From contig OZ251992.1 in the NCBI GenBank assembly GCA_965246885.1, forward strand, positions 320,001-384,000: a DNA stretch of 64,000 bases, read 5' to 3'. Origin of the DNA: Abditibacterium sp. Its GTDB lineage: Bacteria > Armatimonadota > Abditibacteriia > Abditibacteriales > Abditibacteriaceae. The translations under genes and the position numbers were made by a program. Under the pieces are notes generated by a model. It did not search any database and had not been told where the DNA came from. It worked only from the letters and a program-made list of their open reading frames with translations. Position 1 is the first letter of the stretch, and the number at the start of each line of letters is the position of its first letter. Shown here one piece after another: positions 20,308 through 28,749 of the stretch.

Positions 20308-23300
20308 CTACCCGGCCTTAGCCGCCGTAAGCGCGAGCAACGCCGGGACGCCGCGCCGGTCGGCGCCGTAGCCGAAGTCAATGGTCGTGATTTCCACGTC
20401 GGGACGCGGGTTGTTCCACTGCATCGAATACGCGACGGCGCTTTGGTCAGTTCCGGCATAGGGCGCCACCCACGCGACCTGCGCGCCCGGAAGCGCCGCA
20501 ACAGGCGCGCTCTGCTTGTACGAATCCACATTCACTTGCGAGTAGACCGGGATGTTGACCGTTTGGCCGTCGGCGTAGTGGACGGTGTAGCGCGCCATTT
20601 CAAAGCGGCGACCATTCTTGCGGTCGTCGTCGTTCATCGGGCTGTCAATGCGCGCGGCCTGCAAGAAGAACAGCGCGTCCGCCTTCTGGCCGACCGGAAT
20701 ACCGCTCACATGGTCGGCCAGATTGCCCGGAACGCCGCCCCCACCGAGGATGACCGCCGTCGGCACGGGCGAAGTCTTGAAGTCGTAAATGTTGTAGCGC
20801 ACCCCCGCGAAGGTCTGGGCGCCCGTTGGCAACGCCGCGAAAGAGAAAGCCCGGTCGCCGAACCACCCCCCTTCTCCCCGGTAAGCGTTCGCCGCTTTGC
20901 CCAAGTCAACCGGCGTATACGCGAGGTTCGCTCCCGCGATGATGGTTTTCCCGCCGCTAAAGGGCGCGTGCAGATTGCGCAACAGGGCCGCCAGAATCGC
21001 CCGCTTTTTGCCCATGTTCTCCGGCACCGCTTCCGTATCCTTGTACAACACATTGTTCAGCACGAGGCCGCCCGGCCCTTGCGGGTATTCGACGAGCGCC
21101 CCGATGTTGAGCAGGGGCCGCACCTTTTGCGCGAAGTCGGCGGGTCGTTGGGCGAAAAGGGAAATGTTGTCAATGCCCAAATTCGGCGTAACGCTGGGAC
21201 GGGTTTCCCAGCCCGCGAGTTGCAGCGTGATGTCTTTGGCGCGGCGCGGCGGGTTGATGTCGAAAGTCTGCGCTTCGCCGTTAGGCACCGTGTTGAACGT
21301 GACCGTCCCATCGGGGAACACGAGGTTCACCTTGGTCGAGGCGAAGTAGTTCGTGTTGCCAATCCACGTCCAACGGCGGATGGTCTCCTCCTTCGGCAGG
21401 GAGATGGGGATGTCGAACGGCTTGCCGTCCTTGGGCGCGTCGAAGTTGATGATAAGGGGCCAGCCGTCGGCGTTGGTGAAGTTGTTGACGATGTTGCCAT
21501 ACGCCCAAAACGGCGACTTGCCAAACGGCGCGACGTCCTCCAAGTCCACGACATACGAAAAGGCGTCCTCGGCGGGATACTCCCCGGCCTGCCAGTCGAA
21601 GATGCGCTTGCCGCTTCCCATCACGATGTCCGAGGTGGACAGCCCCGCCGTGATGGGGCTACGCACCGCCGGAAACGTGACCTTCTCGCGCCCAAAGGGG
21701 CGCAGAACGTGGTTGAAGCCGACCAGCGTGTTGTACGCGGCGAGGCCATCCGGCGTCAGGTTGTTGAACACAATCCAGCCGCCGCCCGAAGTAAACGCCT
21801 TGACTTTGACGGTGTTGGCGGCGAGCGCCTGCAAATTGGCGGGCGAAGCGTCCATCACGGCAACCGAGCCGGACTTATTCAAGGCGGCGAGGGCATCCCC
21901 GGCCTTCTCGTATTGCACGCCGAGCGCGTCCATCGCTTTGGCAAGCGGCGCGTTGTCGCTTGCCACGAGGGTGACGGGATGAAAGACCAGCTTGTAGCTC
22001 GCGCCGTAGCCAATCATGTTCGCCAGCAGTTGCGCCGCGACGGGATTAGTGCCGAGCTTTTCGCCCACTGTCAGTTGCGACAACAGCATTAACCCCTGCC
22101 CCGCCGGAACTTCCACCAAGGCCGTCGAGCGCAGTCCGTCCTCGACCTGCAACAACGAGCGCCCGCCACTCGTGGGTTTGTCGTAGGCGTTGCGATACAA
22201 GACCGAGTCCGGCCCCCACGTTTGGAAGTCGCGCGCCCTCAGGCCGCGAAACACCGGATTGTCCAAGTCTTCGGGAAAGCCGATGCGCCCCTCGTTGCTT
22301 CCCGTCGCCATTTGCGCGGGCGTCGCTTGATAATGGAGCGGGTTCTTTTGCTCCAACACAATCACCGTCCGTCCGCTCGCCGCCCACGCCGCGAGCGCGC
22401 TCGATGTGCTCTGCGCCGCATCGAGCGCGTCTTTGCCGACGACCAGCACCTTGCCCGCATCGGGCAAGCTGTCCAGCCCCGCCAGCGCGGTGAACGGCAC
22501 CGACCGGCTTTGCAAAAACGCTTTCACCGTTCCAAGCGGATCGAATACCAGCAGGCCAGTCGCCGCCGTCCGCGAGCCAGTGACAGACGTGCGGGAATGG
22601 ATGGCGGACGTCTGGGACGCGACGACAGACGTGCGGGAATGAATGGCGGACGTCTGAAACTCATTCCCGGACGTCTGTCGAGCAGTGACGGATGTCTGGG
22701 AATGGACGGCGGACGCCGCTACTCGCACCGGGGGAAGAACGGACAGGGGCTTTTCGTCGCGGAACACTTCGCGTCCGTCTTTGGATAGCGAAAGCAGCAG
22801 CGTCCCCTCTTGGCGGGCGGCAACCGTCGGCATCGGGAGGGTGTCGTCGAACTTGCGGTTGGAGCCGGGCGCAAGAGTGGCCAGCGTGGTCTTGGACGCG
22901 ACCTTCTTGCCGTCAAGGGTGAGCGTCCACGTGAAGGAAAGCGGCTGCGTTTCGTGCGTGTCGTTGAAGATGCCGTAGGTGCGCTTGACCTTTTGGCCGG
23001 AGCCGAAGGAGGAGTCCCACTGGCGTTGCAAAACGGCGATGGGTTGCCACGAGTTGTAATACGCGCCGTCGGCGCTGCCCCACAGATGGAAAGCGGCGAC
23101 GCCGCTCCAGCGCATGCCCTCGGTCAGCATTTTGGAAATCAGGCCAACAGCCGGGCGCGCTTCGGCTTTGCCGAGCATGGCGCTCTCGCCACCTGCCGCC
23201 GCGAGCGTGGACAGGTTGTAGCCGTTGGAGTAAAAGACCTCGCCGAAAAAGAGCGGCTTTTGTTTTGTGATGGGCCAGCCCTGCGCGTGCGCGATTTGGG

Positions 23301-25446
23301 CGGACGGGAAGCCGAGGTTGTAACCCCAGTCGGGCAGTTGGCCCATTCCCGGCTCGATGTAGTGGATGCCGTAAACGGGCAAGGACTCATCGCCCAGCGC
23401 GTTGCCGCCGTCTAGCATCTGGGGGCGCGTCGGGTCAACTTGAGCGACGAGGTCGGCGCCCGTCTTGATGAACGGCGCGCTTTGCGGGGTGGGGCCGCGC
23501 CCGCGCCCGTCGTTGTCGTTGATGTAGGTGACTTCGTTCTCGATGCTCCAGATAAAGATGGAGGGGTGGTTGCGCTGCCCCTTGGCCCAAGCCGCGAGTT
23601 GGGTGTGCCAGTTGGCGAACAGCGCGGGGGTCAGGGTGTAATTGACGCCCTCGCCATCGAAAATGCCGGTGCGCCGCACGTTCATGCCGTGCGCGTCGAA
23701 AAAGTCGAGCGCCGCTTCGGGCGAAGCCAGTTCGTGCCAGCCGCCTTCGCCCCACAAGCGCACCATGTTGATGCCGCGCTTTTTAAGGCCCGCCAAGTCG
23801 CTTTGGGCATCGCTTCCAAACGAGGCGGTGTCGGCGCGGCCATACCAGTTGACGCCGTTGAGCTTGAAATCCGTGCCGCTCCAATCCCACTCGCGGAAGC
23901 CGAACTTGGTGGCGCGCTCGTCTACAGGCTTGCCACCATCGGCGAGGGTGGTGACGACTTGGTACTGCTGCGGGTGCGCGTCGTCGGGCCACCATAGTTT
24001 CGGGTTGGCCCACGCTTCGCTGAGCTTGACGACCTGCTCGGAGTTGGGCGCGAGGGTGACGGTGCGCGGCGCAAAGGTCTTCTCGGCTTTGCCGCCGCCC
24101 AACGGCACGACTTCGTTGCCCACGCTCACGGTGAGCGGCGCATCGGTCGGGTTATTAAGCGTGACTTCCAAGCCGAGGGTCTTGTTTTTGACCGAGGGAA
24201 TGGCGAAGACGTCCGAAGCATAGGCGCGGCCCGCCACGACAAGGGTGGGGGTTTGCAGGATGCCGTTGTCGGCGTGGTTCCACACGGGAAAATCGAACGC
24301 TTGCGAGATAAAGTTCTTCGAGGTAATCCAGTCGGTGGGAATGACAAAGCGGGTGCGCGCGTTGTTACCGCCGTCGGGCGTCAGGCCATAGTAGGTGTCC
24401 TTGATGCCAACCCACACTTCGTTGGTCTGGCCGGGTTTAATCGCTTTAGTGACGTCGCAATCCCACACCGCCAAGGGCGCTTTCGTCGTGCCGCACAGTT
24501 GCCCGTTGACGAAAACGCTGCCCAACATGTTGACGGCGGGCAAGTGCAACACGAACGAGCGGCCCGCCGCTTCTGCGGGAACCGCGACGCGCGTCCGCAA
24601 AAAGTAGCGGTGCGCGAAGGTGAGATCGGGGCGCTCGCGGTTGCGGTCGCCCGGCACGGCCATCGCGCGCCAGTTCAAGGTATCGGCGGCGGGCGCGGTG
24701 CGGATCGGCTCCGTCCTGTCCTGAACGAGGCCCTCGTCCCAGCGCCCGATTTGCCATTGCCCCGCGAGCGAGGTCGCCGTTTGAGCCGCGCCATCGGGCG
24801 CCTTCAAGGAGAACACCTGCGCTCCCGCCGCGCGGTCGGCGTCGGTCTGCCAACCCTTATCGCCCGGCTTGAACTTGCCGTTGGGGTGCCAGTCGCCCTT
24901 CACGACGGCGAGGGCGTCACCCACGTAGTGAATCTTTTGTGGTTTGCCGTCGGCGCCGTGCGCGTTGATGCGAATACGGAGGGTGTGCTTGCCCGCCGTC
25001 AAGTCCGCCTCGCCCATCGAAAGCCACGAGATGTGCGTCCAAAACGCGAGTTCCGTCAGGTCAAAGGTGGGGGCGTCGCGCCCGACCGACTGCCACGCGC
25101 CGCCGTCTACTTGGAAATCGAACGGCGGGCGGTCTACCTCGAAACCCAAACGGTTCCAGAAATGATAGTGCCCCGCCGAGGGCGCGCTGAAATCGTAGTC
25201 GAGCAACACGCCCTCTTTGGGGACGGTCTTTTCGACATCCTTGTCTTCTATATTGACGTTTAGCCAAGCATCGCCCGACATCGCGCCGCCAAAAGCATCG
25301 GCCTTGACGGGAACGTTGGCGTGCGTGGGCGCTTCGCCCTCAATCCAAGCGAAATCGGCGGCGTTCGCCGCTTTGCTCGCGCCGATGCCAAGGAACAAAA
25401 CCAAAGCCGCCCATCGGCGCGCGGAAGAAGTGCGAGGAGTATTCAT
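20308..25446 (-). CDS. Large secreted glycoside hydrolase family 2-like (beta-galactosidase-like) multidomain protein
   Basis: Start MNTPR with signal peptide; VFVNGQ, PKLWWP, FGFRE, NHPSIFIWSIENE acid/base motif, PLFFGE. The track's upstream extension to 25587 is probably not coding. Confidence 0.8.
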   Translation of the reverse strand: MNTPRTSSARRWAALVLFLGIGASKAANAADFAWIEGEAPTHANVPVKADAFGGAMSGDAWLNVNIEDKDVEKTVPKEGVLLDYDFSAPSAGHYHFWNRLGFEVDRPPFDFQVDGGAWQSVGRDAPTFDLTELAFWTHISWLSMGEADLTAGKHTLRIRINAHGADGKPQKIHYVGDALAVVKGDWHPNGKFKPGDKGWQTDADRAAGAQVFSLKAPDGAAQTATSLAGQWQIGRWDEGLVQDRTEPIRTAPAADTLNWRAMAVPGDRNRERPDLTFAHRYFLRTRVAVPAEAAGRSFVLHLPAVNMLGSVFVNGQLCGTTKAPLAVWDCDVTKAIKPGQTNEVWVGIKDTYYGLTPDGGNNARTRFVIPTDWITSKNFISQAFDFPVWNHADNGILQTPTLVVAGRAYASDVFAIPSVKNKTLGLEVTLNNPTDAPLTVSVGNEVVPLGGGKAEKTFAPRTVTLAPNSEQVVKLSEAWANPKLWWPDDAHPQQYQVVTTLADGGKPVDERATKFGFREWDWSGTDFKLNGVNWYGRADTASFGSDAQSDLAGLKKRGINMVRLWGEGGWHELASPEAALDFFDAHGMNVRRTGIFDGEGVNYTLTPALFANWHTQLAAWAKGQRNHPSIFIWSIENEVTYINDNDGRGRGPTPQSAPFIKTGADLVAQVDPTRPQMLDGGNALGDESLPVYGIHYIEPGMGQLPDWGYNLGFPSAQIAHAQGWPITKQKPLFFGEVFYSNGYNLSTLAAAGGESAMLGKAEARPAVGLISKMLTEGMRWSGVAAFHLWGSADGAYYNSWQPIAVLQRQWDSSFGSGQKVKRTYGIFNDTHETQPLSFTWTLTLDGKKVASKTTLATLAPGSNRKFDDTLPMPTVAARQEGTLLLSLSKDGREVFRDEKPLSVLPPVRVAASAVHSQTSVTARQTSGNEFQTSAIHSRTSVVASQTSAIHSRTSVTGSRTAATGLLVFDPLGTVKAFLQSRSVPFTALAGLDSLPDAGKVLVVGKDALDAAQSTSSALAAWAASGRTVIVLEQKNPLHYQATPAQMATGSNEGRIGFPEDLDNPVFRGLRARDFQTWGPDSVLYRNAYDKPTSGGRSLLQVEDGLRSTALVEVPAGQGLMLLSQLTVGEKLGTNPVAAQLLANMIGYGASYKLVFHPVTLVASDNAPLAKAMDALGVQYEKAGDALAALNKSGSVAVMDASPANLQALAANTVKVKAFTSGGGWIVFNNLTPDGLAAYNTLVGFNHVLRPFGREKVTFPAVRSPITAGLSTSDIVMGSGKRIFDWQAGEYPAEDAFSYVVDLEDVAPFGKSPFWAYGNIVNNFTNADGWPLIINFDAPKDGKPFDIPISLPKEETIRRWTWIGNTNYFASTKVNLVFPDGTVTFNTVPNGEAQTFDINPPRRAKDITLQLAGWETRPSVTPNLGIDNISLFAQRPADFAQKVRPLLNIGALVEYPQGPGGLVLNNVLYKDTEAVPENMGKKRAILAALLRNLHAPFSGGKTIIAGANLAYTPVDLGKAANAYRGEGGWFGDRAFSFAALPTGAQTFAGVRYNIYDFKTSPVPTAVILGGGGVPGNLADHVSGIPVGQKADALFFLQAARIDSPMNDDDRKNGRRFEMARYTVHYADGQTVNIPVYSQVNVDSYKQSAPVAALPGAQVAWVAPYAGTDQSAVAYSMQWNNPRPDVEITTIDFGYGADRRGVPALLALTAAKAG
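22580..22720. repeat. 21-bp-period tandem array, family A, located in-frame inside the GH2-like gene
   Basis: Units gtgacagacgtgcgggaatgg / atggcggacgtctgggacgcg / acgacagacgtgcgggaatga / atggcggacgtctgaaactca / ttcccggacgtctgtcgagca / gtgacggatgtctgggaatgg; encodes heptads such as QTSVTAR, QTSAIHS, RTSVVAS. Confidence 0.88.
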
Positions 25447-25569
25447 TACGGGTGTTGAAACGGCCCACCAAACGGAGCACCGCGAACTGTTAGACCCAGC
25501 GCGCTCGCTTCCGGTTCGCCGATAAACGTAGTGTTTCAGAATTGCGAATACGGTGCGAGCGCAAGCGCC

Positions 25570-25598
25570 ACCCGCGACGAAGAACACGACTTCCCGCC
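25570..25598 (+). repeat. FN3-like gene-end remnant, copy A (short)
   Basis: acccgcgacgaagaacacgacttcccgcc (TRDEEHDFPP), matching copies at 26244, 26516 and 27197. Confidence 0.8.
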
Positions 25599-25600
25599 GA

Positions 25601-25981
25601 TTAGGGGTAGGGCAACAGGTTCAAGCCGCCAATGAATTTGTAGTCGCGCTGGTTTTTGGAGATGAGCGGTTCGCCGTGAATGAGAGCCGTTGCTGCGATG
25701 AGGCTGTCGGCGATGAGTAAGCCGTGACTAAGGCGGTAAAGACGCAGCAACTCGACCGACTTGTCCGAGACCGCTTCGTCCAACGGCAGAATTTGGAACT
25801 GCTTCAGGAACCCGTCGAGGGCGCCGAGTTCGCCCTTGTTGCGGACGCCGACCAAAAGTTCCATCTGCGTCACAACACTGATGGCGGGGGAGGAGTTCTG
25901 CTGGATGCCCTTCAAACAATCGAGCGCCTCTGGGCCGCCGCGTCCGGCATCAATGAGAATGTCGGTGTCAATGAGGGTCAC
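25601..25981 (-). CDS. vapC: PIN-domain toxin (VapC family)
   Basis: GTG start overlapping antitoxin stop; LIDTDILID, S..TQMELL.G, IADSLIAATAL, SKNQRDY. Confidence 0.9.
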   Translation of the reverse strand: MTLIDTDILIDAGRGGPEALDCLKGIQQNSSPAISVVTQMELLVGVRNKGELGALDGFLKQFQILPLDEAVSDKSVELLRLYRLSHGLLIADSLIAATALIHGEPLISKNQRDYKFIGGLNLLPYP

Positions 25982-26208
25982 GATTCGCCCCACTCCGAGC
26001 GGCGCAACTCGCGCACGAACCCGGTGCTGTCTTCCATCTCGCCCCGGTCGCGCCACATTCCGATGAACGGCTCGTCTTCCAGAGGTGCGGACGGTGCCAC
26101 CGCCGCCCGCGCGTGTTTGAAGCGCAAAAACGCGACGAACTCATCCACTTGGCGCCGCGCTTCGGGCGGCAACGCGCCATATTCTTCCGTGATACTCTGG
26201 GCTGTCAT
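25978..26208 (-). CDS. Putative antitoxin (DUF2281-like)
   Basis: 76 aa; LPPEARRQVDEFVAFL and FIGMWRDR; coupled to the PIN gene. Confidence 0.8.
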   Translation of the reverse strand: MTAQSITEEYGALPPEARRQVDEFVAFLRFKHARAAVAPSAPLEDEPFIGMWRDRGEMEDSTGFVRELRRSEWGES

Positions 26209-26243
26209 GCCTTCCAGTGTGGCCCAAACAAAACCGAACTTCA

Positions 26244-26280
26244 ACCCGCGCCGAAGAACACCCCCTCCCGCCCGGAACAG
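26244..26280 (+). repeat. FN3-like gene-end remnant, copy B
   Basis: acccgcgccgaagaacaccccctcccgcccggaacag (TRAEEHPLPPGT). Confidence 0.75.
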
Positions 26281-26287
26281 CGCGCAA

Positions 26288-26471
26288 CTTGCCTTGGCCA
26301 ACTGTCAGTTGGCCTTGGCCGATTGTCGTTTGGCCTTGGCCAACCCACTTAATTACTTGGCCAGTTGGCAATTGGCCAACTCATGTCGCCAGTTGACCAA
26401 GGTGCGCCCGCAGTTGGCCAAGGCCAAACGAGACAATCGGCCAAGGCGAACTGACAGTTGGCCAAGGCAAG
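26288..26471. repeat. Long inverted repeat built from 21-bp-period TTGGCCAA units (family C), MITE-like
   Basis: Arm 26288-26344 is the reverse complement of 26413-26471 except for one mismatch and a 2-bp insertion; internal units gccttggccaactgtcagttg / gccttggccgattgtcgtttg. Confidence 0.9.
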
Positions 26472-26515
26472 ATTTGACCTCCTCAGTCGTCGGAGCATGG
26501 CTCCGGGCCAATGGA

Positions 26516-26614
26516 GAAGAACACCCTTTCCCGCCCGGCCAATGGGAAGTCGTCGTTTCCGCCACCAACGCCGCCGGAGATGGCCCGATGTCCAACACCG
26601 TCACCGTCACGTGA
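26516..26614 (+). pseudogene. FN3-like C-terminal remnant, copy C (EEHPFPPGQWEVVVSATNAAGDGPMSNTVTVT*)
   Basis: V.ATNAAG.GP.S resembles the last two strands of a fibronectin type III domain; no plausible start; paralogous to 27197-27310. Confidence 0.7.
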
Positions 26615-26626
26615 ACCACGAAACAA

Positions 26627-26656
26627 AACGGCCCGCCAAGAAATTGGCGGGCTGTT
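26627..26656. terminator. Hairpin, probable bidirectional terminator
   Basis: aacggcccgccaa-gaaa-ttggcgggctgtt between convergent 3' ends. Confidence 0.75.
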
Positions 26657-26662
26657 GTTGGG

Positions 26663-26959
26663 TCAAAAGCGCCAACTCGTCGGGTCGCTCCGGTCGTGGT
26701 AACAGGCGATGATCGTGACTGTGTTTCGCGCCGCGTCGAAGACGGAAAACAGCGAGTAGGGCGCGCGTCGCAGCACCAATCGGCGCACATCGTCAGCCCA
26801 CATTACGCCCGATTCGGGGAATTGTGCGAGTTGCTCGACCTTGACATCCACCGCGTCCCAAAAATCGCGCACCGAATTGGACGACCGCTCGGCCAACTCT
26901 TGCGTGATGTCCTCAATTTGCTTTTCGGCGCGGCGCAAGAACAAGACGGTGGCGCTCAT
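26663..26959 (-). CDS. RelE/ParE-family toxin
   Basis: 98 aa; LAQFPESG, VRRLVLRRAPYSLF, IIACYHDR; overlaps the antitoxin stop. Confidence 0.85.
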   Translation of the reverse strand: MSATVLFLRRAEKQIEDITQELAERSSNSVRDFWDAVDVKVEQLAQFPESGVMWADDVRRLVLRRAPYSLFSVFDAARNTVTIIACYHDRSDPTSWRF

Positions 26960-27174
26960 ATTCGGGCCAGCAACTGCGCTTTGATGTCGCTCCAAGGCCG
27001 CGCGTCGTGCGGGTTCTCGCGGTATTCGCGGATGGCCTCGCGCAAGTCGGCTTCCTGTTCGGGCGACAAGGGCGGCACTTCTTCTGTGGTCAGTCGCTCG
27101 ATAACCTCGACACGCGCGGCGTCATCCAATTCCATCACGGCTTCAAAGACTTGCTCTTTGGTCAAAACAGGCAT
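26956..27174 (-). CDS. Putative addiction-module antitoxin
   Basis: 72 aa acidic protein; LSPEQEADL...YRENP...RPWSDIKAQL; directly upstream of the toxin. Confidence 0.8.
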   Translation of the reverse strand: MPVLTKEQVFEAVMELDDAARVEVIERLTTEEVPPLSPEQEADLREAIREYRENPHDARPWSDIKAQLLARI

Positions 27175-27196
27175 ACCTTTATTTTACCCCGCCCAA

Positions 27197-27310
27197 ACCC
27201 GCGACGAAGAACCCGACTTGCCGCCAGGAACAGGGGAAGTCGTCGTCCTCGCCACCAACGCGGCGGGCGATGGCCCCTATTCCAACAGCGTCATCGTGAC
27301 GGTTGGGTGA
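27197..27310 (+). pseudogene. FN3-like C-terminal remnant, copy D (TRDEEPDLPPGTGEVVVLATNAAGDGPYSNSVIVTVG*)
   Basis: Diverged direct repeat of copy C, including the downstream gtgaaccacgaaac and hairpin. Confidence 0.7.
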
Positions 27311-27322
27311 ACCACGAAACGA

Positions 27323-27352
27323 AACAGCCCGCCGAGAAATTGGCGGGTTGTT
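27323..27352. terminator. Hairpin paralogous to 26627-26656
   Basis: aacagcccgccga-gaaa-ttggcgggttgtt. Confidence 0.7.
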
Positions 27353-27563
27353 GTGGTTGCTACCCCGTCGCAAAGTTTCGTAAATTAATCAAGCATGAAA
27401 AAGCACGTCCCTTTGCCTCGCCTCGCTCTTGCCTTGATTTTGGTGCCGCTCTTGACCTCGCTTGCATCCTCTCAAGAAACGATGAGCAGAAAAGACCGCT
27501 TGGCGCTGGAATCGGCCAAACGTCAAGACGCCTCATCTGCCCGAAAGATGATGAAGATTATTA

Positions 27564-28418
27564 ACCAGTGGTGCGGGTAGTTCAGAGGGCGAAGTCGGCA
27601 AGTTGGAGTTTGACTTTGCCCGTCCAGTTGATGCAGATGTTGAAGGCGGCGACCACATAGGCGAGGCGCGCACGTAGGGCGGGCCATGTGCGGTTGCTCA
27701 TCCTCTTGAGTCCAAGCACCCGGGTGAAGAGCGAGAAGATGGTCTCAATGAGCATCCGCTCGTTCCACTTGCCGCGCTTGCACACCAGCAAGTTGTCCGG
27801 GTCGCCTTCGTGGGCGTGAAAGCCTTGGTCGCTCAACACGATCATCTCCTCGCGCACGCGGTCAATCATCGCGTGGAAGGCGCTGTCATGGCACGCGGCA
27901 CCGGCACAAAGCCACCTCACGATCTGACCTTGGCTGTTGCAAAGCACAACGAACTTGGCGCCCACGATCCATCGGTGGTTGGAGAGGGTCTTGCGCCCGA
28001 TCTGGCGGGGGCTACGTCCTTGGCGGCGCGGGTGCAACAGTTCGATACCTAAGCTGTCGCACACGCCAAACAAGGTGGGGTCGGCGAGAAAATGCTGGGT
28101 TTGCTCTGCGTGTTGCTCGAACAAGCGGAACAAGCGCGTGCGCTCTGGCAAGCGGGGGAAAAGCTCCTTCAACTCGCGTTTAGCCCAGCGATAAAAGGCG
28201 CGATTGCCCCCGCCCTTCAAAGCGTGAAGCAGGCCCAAGGTCACCACTTCGCTGGGATGAAGATGGGCTAAGGGGTGTTTGAGGGCAGCCAAGGCGTCGT
28301 CCACACGGCAAAACAGAGACACGGTAAAATCTTGAAGGGTCACAGGTCGCTCCTTGAGGTTTGGTCACCATCAAGATTACGCTGACCTGTGGCCTCACCG
28401 CAAACCCGCACCACTGGT
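27564..28418 (-). mobile_element. IS982-family insertion sequence, 855 bp
   Basis: 15-bp terminal inverted repeats ACCAGTGGTGCGGGT (27564-27578; 28404-28418); 5-bp target duplication TATTA (27559-27563; 28419-28423). Confidence 0.88.
27582..28343 (-). CDS. DDE transposase, IS982-like
   Basis: FCRVDD, SEVVTL, FP.LPERTR, CDS, SDQGF and ERMLIETIFS. Confidence 0.85.
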   Translation of the reverse strand: MTLQDFTVSLFCRVDDALAALKHPLAHLHPSEVVTLGLLHALKGGGNRAFYRWAKRELKELFPRLPERTRLFRLFEQHAEQTQHFLADPTLFGVCDSLGIELLHPRRQGRSPRQIGRKTLSNHRWIVGAKFVVLCNSQGQIVRWLCAGAACHDSAFHAMIDRVREEMIVLSDQGFHAHEGDPDNLLVCKRGKWNERMLIETIFSLFTRVLGLKRMSNRTWPALRARLAYVVAAFNICINWTGKVKLQLADFAL

Positions 28419-28693
28419 TATTAGGCTGAATGGCGATTACCCCTATGTTTCATCTATACGCCCAGTTGTCTTGGAGGTCTGGGAGCCATCTATTATCCTC
28501 CACATAAAGATGAAGCCTTCGTGGACAAAGCTGTCTCCTTCCAAGAAGAGGAAAGCTACTCAGTCATTGCTCAAACTGTGGGATTCTTTTTGCTCGATGC
28601 AAAGTCCGCCGAGTTATGCTTGGATTAGAATCTACGACTCAGGAGGGCAACAGGTGGGCGAGGCAAGTAAAGGGAGTGAGTAAGCCACTCATC

Positions 28694-28727
28694 AACAGCC
28701 CGCCGTTCTCTCGAACGGCGGGCTGTT
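28694..28727. terminator. Bidirectional terminator-like hairpin
   Basis: aacagcccgccgttc-tctc-gaacggcgggctgtt between convergent genes. Confidence 0.85.
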
Positions 28728-28749
28728 TGTTCTTATTATCAGTTGACCC

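Larger units (their letters stand above)
27395..28683 (+). pseudogene. Small secreted hypothetical protein (142 aa when reconstructed) interrupted by an IS
   Basis: Removing the IS and one TATTA copy joins ...KMMKII to RLNGDYPY... in frame; N-terminal signal peptide. Confidence 0.85.

Noticed and set aside
25447..25587. N-terminal extension of the GH2-like ORF
   Set aside because: The signal peptide begins at the ATG at 25446, and the extension overlaps repeat copy A.
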